A stretch of 64,000 nucleotides of DNA. Origin: Candidatus Eiseniibacteriota bacterium. Lineage in GTDB: Bacteria > Eisenbacteria > RBG-16-71-46. Below the pieces are notes generated by a model, which was given only the letters and a program-made list of their open reading frames with translations, ran no database searches and was not told where the DNA came from. Shown here in pieces: positions 1 through 7,678 of this stretch. Every line of letters starts with the position of its first letter. Within the stretch, counting starts at the first letter, position 1. Made by a program: the position numbers and the translations under genes. The stretch covers positions 32,001 through 96,000 of the forward strand of contig JBGAML010000014.1 in the NCBI GenBank assembly GCA_044223005.1. Reading direction: 5' to 3'.

Positions 1-1
1 G

Positions 2-976
2 GATCACTTCACACTTCGCCCGCACTTCCGGGGCCAGCCGAACCGCGGGATTCTCCATGAACGTCTGCGGCAGGTGCGCATACGCCGCCGAGTTGGGGCA
101 CAGGTAGCTGATGAACTCGCTGTTCTCGGCCGCGACGGCCGGGTCGTGGAGAAAGTTGATCCACGCGTAGGCCAGCTCCGGCGTCTTGGAATCCTTGAGG
201 ATCACGAGGTCGTCGCAGGCGATCGACAGGCCTTCCGTGGGCGCGAGGAACGTCACGTCCGGATTCTCGGACTGCGCCTGCACGATGTCACCGCTGTAGC
301 CGTGGCTCACGAGGAACTCGCCGGATGCGATGCCACTCTTGTACTGCTCGTTCTCGAACTTGGCGAGGTTCTTCTTCCAGCGGATCACCACGTCGCGCGC
401 CTGGGCGAGCTGCGCCTCGTCGGTCGTGTTGAGGCTGTAGCCGAGGAACTTGAGCGCCGCGCCGATCGTCTCGCGCATGTCGTTGAGCATCGTCATGCGA
501 CCTTTGAGGTCCACGCGATCGAACATGGCCCACGTCGGCTGCGCGTCCTTCACCTTGGACTTGAGGTACGCGATCCCCGTGTTGGTGAGCATGTAGGGCA
601 CGCTGTGCTTCATGGCCGGATCGATCGCGATGTGGAGGTATTCCGTGTCCACGTTGGCGATGTTGGGCAGCTTCGCGTGATCCAGGTCCATGAGCATGCC
701 CTGGTCGGCCATGATGGCGACCTGGTAGCTGGACGGCGTGATCACGTCGTACCCCGACGCGCCCGCCTTGAGCTTGGCGTACATCGACTCGTTGGAGTCG
801 AACGTGTCGATCACGACCTTGCAGCCGTGCTCCTTCTCGAACCGCTGCACGAGCTCCGGCTTGACGTAGTCGGCCCACGTGTAGACGTGCAGCGTCTTCG
901 GCGCCGGTGCGCCGCAGCCGGTGACCACCGCGAGCGCGGCCAGCCACGCCAGCGCACGGAAGCGAGCGAGCCTCAT
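2..976 (-). CDS. potD: Spermidine/putrescine ABC transporter substrate-binding lipoprotein (3' end runs off window)
   Basis: Not in ORF track. Manual translation from ATG at 976: MRLARFRALAWLAALAVVTGC...LHVYTWADYVKPELVQRFEKEHGCKVVIDTFDSNESMYAKL...GYDVITPSSY. Lipobox-like signal; ATGA overlap with potC stop. Confidence 0.9.
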   Translation of the reverse strand, partial: MRLARFRALAWLAALAVVTGCGAPAPKTLHVYTWADYVKPELVQRFEKEHGCKVVIDTFDSNESMYAKLKAGASGYDVITPSSYQVAIMADQGMLMDLDHAKLPNIANVDTEYLHIAIDPAMKHSVPYMLTNTGIAYLKSKVKDAQPTWAMFDRVDLKGRMTMLNDMRETIGAALKFLGYSLNTTDEAQLAQARDVVIRWKKNLAKFENEQYKSGIASGEFLVSHGYSGDIVQAQSENPDVTFLAPTEGLSIACDDLVILKDSKTPELAYAWINFLHDPAVAAENSEFISYLCPNSAAYAHLPQTFMENPAVRLAPEVRAKCEVI

Positions 977-1743
977 GTGCCCTCCTTGAGCAGCCGCTGG
1001 CTCAGCCAGACGGCGGTGGTGGTCGCCGCGAGCAGCAACGTGGACAGCGCGTTGATGAGCGGCGGCGAACCGTGCTTGATCATGCTGTAGATCCGCAGCG
1101 GCAGAGTCGTCGTGCCCGGACCCGCCACGAAGAACGTGATCACGAAGTCGTCCACCGACAGCGTGAACGCGAGCAGCGCCCCGGCGGCGATGCCGGGCGC
1201 CAGCAGCGGCAGCACCACTCGGCGGGCCGCCGTCCAGGTGTCGGCGCCGAGATCGCGAGCGGCCTCGACGAGCGACCAGTCGAAGTCCTGCAGCCTCCCC
1301 AGCACCACCATGGCCACGTAGCTCACGCAGAACGTCACGTGCGCGATCACGATCGTGGCGTATCCGAGCTCGACCTTGAGCGCGACGAAGAAGAGCAGCA
1401 GGCTGATCCCCATCAGGATCTCGGGGATCACGAGCGGCGAATAGACCAGCAGGTAGTGCGCGGCCTGCAGCCGGCTCTTGTACCGATCCAGCGCGAACGC
1501 CGCCGTGGTGCCCAGCACCGTGGCGCCGATCGTCGACACGGTGGCGATCGCGAGCGTGTTGCCCAGCGCGTGCCAGATCTCGGGCGCGGCCGCGAGCCGG
1601 CGGTACCAGTCGAGCGTGAAGCCCTTCCACTCGCCGCCGAAGCGCGCGGCGTTGAACGAGTTCAGCACCAGCACGCCGACCGGCAGGTAGAAGAACGCCA
1701 GCACGAGCAGCGTGATCACGAGCGGAGTGCGGCTGCGCTTCAT
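973..1743 (-). CDS. potC: Polyamine ABC transporter permease
   Basis: MKRSRTPLVITLL...; EAA loop SLVEAARDLGA; FTLSVDDF motif. Confidence 0.92.
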   Translation of the reverse strand: MKRSRTPLVITLLVLAFFYLPVGVLVLNSFNAARFGGEWKGFTLDWYRRLAAAPEIWHALGNTLAIATVSTIGATVLGTTAAFALDRYKSRLQAAHYLLVYSPLVIPEILMGISLLLFFVALKVELGYATIVIAHVTFCVSYVAMVVLGRLQDFDWSLVEAARDLGADTWTAARRVVLPLLAPGIAAGALLAFTLSVDDFVITFFVAGPGTTTLPLRIYSMIKHGSPPLINALSTLLLAATTTAVWLSQRLLKEGT

Positions 1744-2618
1744 TCGCCCTCCCCCGGCACGGCGGCACGGCGGCCGCGGCTCAAGGCGATCGCCGCCATC
1801 GACGGCACCACGACCGCGAGCGCGAGCAGCGCGGACAGCGCGCTCGCGTGCGGCAGGTTGCGGTCCACGAACGTGCGCTGCGCGATCTTGTTGCCGAGCA
1901 TCTCGCTCGTCGGGCCACCGACGAGGTCCGGCACGACGTACGAGCCCAGGGCCGGGATGAGCGTCACGAGCGTCGCCGTCATGAGCCCGCGCCGGATGCC
2001 CGGCAGGAACACCAGCCAGAACGCCTCGAACGGCCGCGCCCCGAGGTCGCGGGCCGCCTCGAGCAGGCGGAAGTCGAACTTCTCGGCCGCCGCGTAGATG
2101 GGCAGGATCGCAAACGGCAGCTCGGTGTAGACGAGCACGAGCAGCACCGAGCCCGTGTTGTAGAGCAGCGAGGCGTCGGGCGCGACCAGGTGCAGCGCGA
2201 CCAGCAGGTGCTTGATCGGGCCCTCGGGATGGAGCACGACCTTCCAAGCGAAGATGCGCACGAGGAAGCTGGTCCAGAACGGCACCACGACCGCGAGCAG
2301 CAGCACGTGCCGCCACTCCCGCGGGGCGCGCGCCATGAAGTACGCGACCGGGGTCGCGAGCAGCAGGCAGGCCGCCGTGGTCGCGACCGAGAGCCAGATC
2401 GTGCGCCAGAGGATGGATGGGTAGTTCGGGTCGCCCAGGCTCTTCAAGGTCTGCAGCGTCCAGCCGGAGCCGATGCCACCGAAGGGGTCCGACGGCTTGA
2501 ACGCGATCGCGAACACGATCGCCGCCGGAATCAGGAAGAGCGCGGTGAGCCAGAGGAACGACGGCAGCGTGATCCACGTCTCGTGCCGGCGCTCCAGCAG
2601 GCCGCGCGCCTCAGCCAC
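1740..2618 (-). CDS. potB: Polyamine ABC transporter permease
   Basis: PFWTSFLVR, LPFAILPIY, LLEAARDLGA motifs; GTG start inferred from overlap with potA. Confidence 0.9.
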   Translation of the reverse strand: MAEARGLLERRHETWITLPSFLWLTALFLIPAAIVFAIAFKPSDPFGGIGSGWTLQTLKSLGDPNYPSILWRTIWLSVATTAACLLLATPVAYFMARAPREWRHVLLLAVVVPFWTSFLVRIFAWKVVLHPEGPIKHLLVALHLVAPDASLLYNTGSVLLVLVYTELPFAILPIYAAAEKFDFRLLEAARDLGARPFEAFWLVFLPGIRRGLMTATLVTLIPALGSYVVPDLVGGPTSEMLGNKIAQRTFVDRNLPHASALSALLALAVVVPSMAAIALSRGRRAAVPGEGE

Positions 2619-3786
2619 GCCCCGGCTCCGATCCGTCCGGCTCGCCGACCCGCTCGGGCGGGATCGACATGAGGCTCTCGTCGCGCTCCAGGTAGCGCTC
2701 GAGCATGAAGCCGTCGTCGACGTGCCAATCCAGCCAAACCTCGTCCTTCCAGCGGATCGGCTCCTCGTCGAGCACGAAGCGGTTGTGCTGCTGCTCCACC
2801 GCCAGCCGGTACTCGCCCGAGCGCAGCCAGAAGCGCGTGTGCGTGCCCAGGTAGATGACGTCCTCGACCACCGCGCGGGCATTGTTGTGGTCGCGCGCCT
2901 CGGCCGGGCGCTCGCGCGAGATGCGGATCTTCTCGGGCCGCACGCTGAGCGTGACGTGATCGCCCGCCGCGAGCCCCTTGTCGTTGAACGCGAGCAGGTC
3001 CGTGAACCCGTCGATCTTGAGCCGCACGTGTTCGACGTCGACCACCTCGGCCACCGTGCCGTCGAAGAAGTTGGAGTCGCCGATGAAAGCCGCCACGAAG
3101 CTCGTGCGCGGCGCCTCGTAGATCTCGGCCGGCGTGCCCAGCTGCTCGATGTGCCCCGCGTCCATGACCGCCACGCGGTCCGCGAGGCTCATGGCCTCGC
3201 CCTGGTCGTGCGTGACGAAGATGAACGTGATCCCGACCTGGTCGTGCACCATGTCGAGTTCGATCAGCATGCGCTGGCGGAGCTTCAGGTCCAGCGCCGC
3301 CAGCGGCTCGTCGAGCAGCAGCACCGCCGGCTTGTTGATGAGCGCGCGCGCGATCGCCACGCGCTGCTTCTGCCCGCCGGAGATCTGGTCGGTGCGCTTG
3401 TCGGCGTGGTCGCGCATCTGGATCAGCGCGAGCATCTTCTCGACCTCGTCGTCGATCTCGCGCTTCGGGCGCCGGGCGACGGAGAGGCCGAACGCGATGT
3501 TCTGCCGCACGGTCATGTGGGGGAACAGCGCGTAGTTCTGGAAGATGGTGTTCACGCGGCGCTTCTCGGGCGGCAGGTCGGTGATGTCGACGCCGTCCAG
3601 CCAGACGCGCCCGGTGTCCGGGCGCTCGAACCCCGCGAGCATGCGCAGCAGGGTCGTCTTGCCGCAGCCGCTCGGCCCCAGGAGCGAGAAGAACTCGCCG
3701 CGGGCGATGTCCAGCGTGACGTTGTCCACGGCGCGAATCGCGCCGTACCGGCGCGAGACGCCTTCGAAGCGGATGAAGCCGGACAC
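2611..3786 (-). CDS. potA: Polyamine ABC transporter ATP-binding protein
   Basis: Walker A GPSGCGKT, signature ISGGQKQR, Walker B LLLDEP, C-terminal TOBE-like region. Confidence 0.93.
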   Translation of the reverse strand: MSGFIRFEGVSRRYGAIRAVDNVTLDIARGEFFSLLGPSGCGKTTLLRMLAGFERPDTGRVWLDGVDITDLPPEKRRVNTIFQNYALFPHMTVRQNIAFGLSVARRPKREIDDEVEKMLALIQMRDHADKRTDQISGGQKQRVAIARALINKPAVLLLDEPLAALDLKLRQRMLIELDMVHDQVGITFIFVTHDQGEAMSLADRVAVMDAGHIEQLGTPAEIYEAPRTSFVAAFIGDSNFFDGTVAEVVDVEHVRLKIDGFTDLLAFNDKGLAAGDHVTLSVRPEKIRISRERPAEARDHNNARAVVEDVIYLGTHTRFWLRSGEYRLAVEQQHNRFVLDEEPIRWKDEVWLDWHVDDGFMLERYLERDESLMSIPPERVGEPDGSEPGRG

Positions 3787-3918
3787 GGCGCGGCGGCGCT
3801 CCTTCGCGGACGGACGTGGGAATCCTGCAGGCCGATCGCGGAATGTAGGGGCCGCGCCCCCTCCACACAAGCGGTACCGAGGTGGCGGTGGTCGCGCCGG
3901 GGTGCCGCGCCCCCGGCC

Positions 3919-4362
3919 TCAGCGACCGAAGAGCATGTTCGCGCCGCGGCCGATCTCGACGCGGATCGAATCCTCCGGCGGGAGCTTTCGCGGGTCGCGA
4001 CGCAGCGCGAGGCGCAACGTGTCGGTGCGTCCCGCCGCGAGCATCACCGCGCCCTCGCGGCCGACGTAGCCGCGCAGGTAGAGCCGCAGGCGCACCTTGC
4101 CGGTGGCGAGGCAGCGCAGCTCGGCGACGCCGCGCGGATTCGCCATTGCGCCGACGCGCCGGTCGAGATCGAGCACGTTGACGAGCGGAATCGGCCGCCG
4201 CGTCCGCGCGTCGCGGACGATCACGACGAGGCTGCCGAGATCGCGGCAGGGGCTGGTGGCGCCCGGTGCGCGCGGCGGCGGTGCCTGGGCCTGCGCACGC
4301 GCCGCGAGGACGGCGAGCGCTGTGGCCACGAACAGCGCGACCGGCCAGGGCTTCGCTCGCAT
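3919..4362 (-). CDS. Secreted carboxypeptidase-regulatory-like (beta-sandwich) domain protein
   Basis: Signal peptide MRAKPWPVALFVATALAVLAARAQA; GSLVVIVRDARTRRPIPLVNV pattern. Confidence 0.55.
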   Translation of the reverse strand: MRAKPWPVALFVATALAVLAARAQAQAPPPRAPGATSPCRDLGSLVVIVRDARTRRPIPLVNVLDLDRRVGAMANPRGVAELRCLATGKVRLRLYLRGYVGREGAVMLAAGRTDTLRLALRRDPRKLPPEDSIRVEIGRGANMLFGR

Positions 4363-4559
4363 GTCGCTGAGGAAGTCCGAGCGCCTCCCACCGGGTCGTG
4401 CACGTCCGGATCGCATCCCGCGAAGCTAGCGCCCCTGTCCTCCTGGCTCCAGTTCGGCCGGGTCGTCTGCGAGAACCGAATCGACGGCGCCCCGCGACGC
4501 GGCGGGCTGTGGCGGCCGTGCGCGATCCTCGCTATGCTCGCCGGCCGCAACCCCGAGGT

Positions 4560-4648
4560 GCCGGAGTGGCGAAACTGGCAGACGCGCGGGACTCAAAATC
4601 CCGTTCGGCCAAAACCGAGTGTGGGTTCGATTCCCACCTCCGGCACCA
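4560..4648 (+). tRNA. tRNA-Leu (anticodon CAA)
   Basis: Acceptor stem GCCGGAG/CTCCGGC, anticodon arm CGGGA-CTCAAAA-TCCCG, long variable arm, T arm GTGGG-TTCGATT-CCCAC, encoded CCA. Confidence 0.96.
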
Positions 4649-4725
4649 CCCGATCCCGCTGCGCGCCGCCGTGTGAATGCCGGCCGCCGCGCCCGTGGGG
4701 GCACGCGACGGCCGACTCTGTTCGC

Positions 4726-5805
4726 TCAGCCCTTCGTCGCCCGCGTCCAGCTGCTGAGCGTCAGCTCGCGCCCAGGATCGTCCGCGAAGCTCGCCGGCCG
4801 TGGCGCGCCCGGACGGGCCACGAGGAACCGGACGGTGTCCCCCACCCACTCGATCAGGCCGAGGCTCACCTCGCCCCGGCCCGCACCGGAGAGGTGCAGG
4901 TAGTCCACCTCGAGCGGATGCGTGCCCTCGTGCACGCGCATGCGCGCGTGGAGCATCACCTGGCCTCCGAATACGACTTGCGTGTCGCGCTCGGTCACGG
5001 TCCGGTGCCCGGCCGCGAGCCACTCCCGGGGCATGGGCTTGCCCTCGCGGACGAGCTCGGTCGGGCTCCAGCGGCCCTGGAGACGGACGAGCGTCGGGGT
5101 CAGCGGGCCGTCGAAGCTCGTGGTGTCGACCTCGGCGGCGGCGGGCGGCTTCGCGCCCGTGGCGGACCGCTTCCCGCCGGTGACGCGCGCCGGCCGCGCG
5201 CGCGAGGCGCGCCGCAGGTGCTCCAGCGCGTGCCGGCTCCCGGAGCTCGTCGCGAATGCGGAGGGCCGGCTGGCGCCGGTGAGGCCGAGGCAGAAGACGA
5301 GTGCGTCGCCGCGCAGCTCGAAGATCCCGTACGACCAGTTCCCCGCTTCGGGGCCCTCCACGAACTCGATGCTGATCTGCGCGGGCTCGGCTTCCACGTC
5401 GATGCCGAACTCGCCGTCGTAGACGGCATCGGCGGATTCCATGCGGAACCGGTCCCCGTCGATCAGCAGGCGCGAGCCGGCATACGTGGCGGCCGGCATC
5501 GCGCTGCCCTCGATCTCGAGCGACAGGAACTCCCATTCGCCCTCGAGCGCGCGCAGCAGTTCCACGTGCCGCGCCAGCGCGGGCCAGCTGGCGAAGCCCG
5601 TCTCGCGGGCGATCACCGACTGCGCGTCGGCGAGCCGGTAGTTCGCGGCGAGCACCTGCGCGGGCGATTGCTTCGCGGCGGCGGGCAGGTGGGCGATGAA
5701 GCGGCGCACGGCTTCCGGATCACGTTCGCGGAGCCGGGTGAGCAGGTCCTTCGACTGGCGGCGCAGGTGGTCGAGGTTCGGGCGCGACGGCAACGAACTG
5801 GGCAT
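4726..5805 (-). CDS. Protein with N-terminal LPSRPNLDHLRRQSKDLL helical domain and two tandem TIGR03067-like domains
   Basis: Repeated LEGEW../LQGRW.. units with GIFELRGDALVFC and RPxxF motifs; GGAGG RBS before ATG 5805. Confidence 0.75.
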   Translation of the reverse strand: MPSSLPSRPNLDHLRRQSKDLLTRLRERDPEAVRRFIAHLPAAAKQSPAQVLAANYRLADAQSVIARETGFASWPALARHVELLRALEGEWEFLSLEIEGSAMPAATYAGSRLLIDGDRFRMESADAVYDGEFGIDVEAEPAQISIEFVEGPEAGNWSYGIFELRGDALVFCLGLTGASRPSAFATSSGSRHALEHLRRASRARPARVTGGKRSATGAKPPAAAEVDTTSFDGPLTPTLVRLQGRWSPTELVREGKPMPREWLAAGHRTVTERDTQVVFGGQVMLHARMRVHEGTHPLEVDYLHLSGAGRGEVSLGLIEWVGDTVRFLVARPGAPRPASFADDPGRELTLSSWTRATKG

Positions 5806-5819
5806 GACTCCTCCATGCG

Positions 5820-5932
5820 GTGCCGGGGTCCGCAAACCGGCGAAGCACGGAGTGTCGTGCTCGTGCGACCGAATGCTGCTCGAAGGTGAGTTCGACTCTT
5901 CCCGCGGACCCGGGAGCGCCCTTCCCGCTCGC
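5820..5932 (-). promoter_or_regulatory. Putative structured 5' leader RNA
   Basis: Complementary arms 5826-5833/5904-5911, hairpins at 5844-5861 and 5914-5930, directly upstream of the RBS. Confidence 0.4.
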
Positions 5933-5984
5933 GGACGAGTCTAGCCCGGGCGCGCGGCGGGCGTCACGCACTGTTGTCGCGGCC

Positions 5985-6743
5985 TCAACCGTTCAGGATC
6001 CCCCGCACCGCCAGCGCGATGGCTCCGGCCGTGACGATCGACAGCAGCGTGCCGGTGAGGAAATACTCGGCGAACTCGCGGTCGTCGAGGCTGCGGAAGC
6101 GTGCGAGCCCCTTGATCCCGATCACCACGCCGAGCGCGCCGTAGTCGTCGCGCAGCATCAGCGCGAACACGAGCAGTCGCTCCAGCAGGCCGATCACACG
6201 GCCACGGGCGTACTCCTTGCGGCCGACCTCGGGTCCCTGTGCGGGATTCTCACTCGCGGGACGCAGTTCGAAGCGCTCGATCAGGCCGCGCACGAGCAGG
6301 TTCGCCTCGTTCAGGCTCAGCAATGCCCCGGCGAGGCCGATGAACACGGTCCTCGCGTCCATCCGCCGCATCCAGGTGAGCGGCAGGAAGTACGCGGACG
6401 CGCGCTCCACCGCGGAGGCGAGTTCGGGCCGGAAACCCATGCCGAGGAACGGCGCACTGGCGATCCCGAAGCCGGCGGCGACCACGGGCAGGCCCGCCAG
6501 CCGCTGCAGCGGGCTCGCGCCGGGGCCGCGCGGGCGTTCGGTCCACGCTTCCCACGCGGCGCCGAGCAGGATCGCGAGCGCCGCGAGCGCGATCGCGGGT
6601 GCCGGCGCGAGCGCGAGCAATGCGATCAGTTGAACGAGCGTCGCCACGGCGATCGCGCGGTGCGGCGCGCGCTCGTCGCCCACGAACAGCGCCAGGCGTG
6701 CGAGCAGGGCCACGTCCAACAGGTAGGCGAACGCGAGGTTCAC
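5985..6743 (-). CDS. Multi-pass membrane protein, DUF3307-like C-terminus (SatD partner)
   Basis: GRVIGLLERLLVF...KGLARF...AEYFLTGTLLS motif; GTGA overlap with upstream SatD-like gene. Confidence 0.75.
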   Translation of the reverse strand: MNLAFAYLLDVALLARLALFVGDERAPHRAIAVATLVQLIALLALAPAPAIALAALAILLGAAWEAWTERPRGPGASPLQRLAGLPVVAAGFGIASAPFLGMGFRPELASAVERASAYFLPLTWMRRMDARTVFIGLAGALLSLNEANLLVRGLIERFELRPASENPAQGPEVGRKEYARGRVIGLLERLLVFALMLRDDYGALGVVIGIKGLARFRSLDDREFAEYFLTGTLLSIVTAGAIALAVRGILNG

Positions 6744-7369
6744 GCCGCGGGACTCCCGCGATCGATCACGCGGGTCACCTCGCGACAGATCTCGAGCACG
6801 CTGCCGAGCGCGCCGGCCTGGATGTTCTTGTAGATCGCCGCCGGCGTCAGGCGCATGGCGCGGGCGATCTCCGCCACCTCCTGCCCGTCGAACAGCCGCC
6901 GCGCCACTTCGAACCGGTTGGGCTTCCAGCCGTCGGCCGAGTGCCCCACCAGCTCCAGCGCAGGACGCACCCAGGCCTCCGCCGGGCCCGTGGGCATCTC
7001 CAGGCGCAGGGTGCCACCCGATTCCTTCAGCGCCTGCATGCCGTCGCGGGCGCGATGGAACGCGGGCCCGTCCATGCCGATGGCCTGGCGCGGGTTGATC
7101 ACCGTCGTGATCTCTCCCGCGGCGATCACATAACGGACGCGATGCGGGTGCACCGCCCGACGCAGCTCGAACGCGTCGCGGAACACGTGCCCGGCGTTGC
7201 GATAGACCGCCTGGAACTCGTCGCCCAGCGTCACGGTCCACGGCGAGAGCAGGTCCCTGCGCCCCTGCCCCAACGCCGCGATCGCCCGGGCGAGGCGCTT
7301 CTGGAACGCCCGGCGGTCCACGATCTGCCGTGAACTCACCAGGTCCGCGAGAACGACGATCACGTGCAT
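6740..7369 (-). CDS. satD: SatD family protein (cyclase-like N-domain + C-terminal HTH)
   Basis: ADLVSSR...TLGDEFQ...MDGPAFHRAR; C-terminal QEVAEIARAMRLTPAAIYKNI HTH. Confidence 0.82.
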   Translation of the reverse strand: MHVIVVLADLVSSRQIVDRRAFQKRLARAIAALGQGRRDLLSPWTVTLGDEFQAVYRNAGHVFRDAFELRRAVHPHRVRYVIAAGEITTVINPRQAIGMDGPAFHRARDGMQALKESGGTLRLEMPTGPAEAWVRPALELVGHSADGWKPNRFEVARRLFDGQEVAEIARAMRLTPAAIYKNIQAGALGSVLEICREVTRVIDRGSPAA

Positions 7370-7400
7370 GGGGAGACTATCGGCGGGCCGCGGCGCCTTG

Positions 7401-7462
7401 TCAACCAAAATGGTTGAATCTTGTCGTTTCAACCACTTCGGTTGAAAGCGACCTTTTCAACC
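7401..7462. promoter_or_regulatory. Operator-like array: TCAACC-N5-GGTTGA x2 plus a third half-site, 28-bp period
   Basis: TCAACC at 7401, 7429, 7457; full palindromes 7401-7417 and 7427-7447. Confidence 0.65.
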
Positions 7463-7678
7463 GGAACCCGCCGGCTGGCCGCATCCCCGCATCGAGTGCG
7501 CCCTCGCCCGTCCGCGGGCGCACTCCCCCGCACCGACCTGGCGGCCTCGCGATGCATGCGGGCCGGGGACCGCGGGAAGCCTCGCCGTCGAGGTCGCGTG
7601 TCGGGTGGTGCCGGACCACGGTGAGATGGCGGCGCCAGTCGGGCACCTCGCCTCACCGGCGTGCAGCGGCCTCATGCG

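Noticed and set aside
2473..5889. 1138-aa plus-strand ORF, and similar long ORFs such as 24625-29046(-), 18445-20913(+), 29888-32521(-), 52951-55863(+)
   Set aside because: Shadow or antisense frames of well-supported genes in high-GC DNA; Arg/Ala/Pro-rich with no motifs. The first one also crosses the tRNA.
7401..7462. CRISPR mini-array
   Set aside because: Period only 28 bp, fewer than three full units, no spacers of normal length, no cas genes. Operator array fits better.
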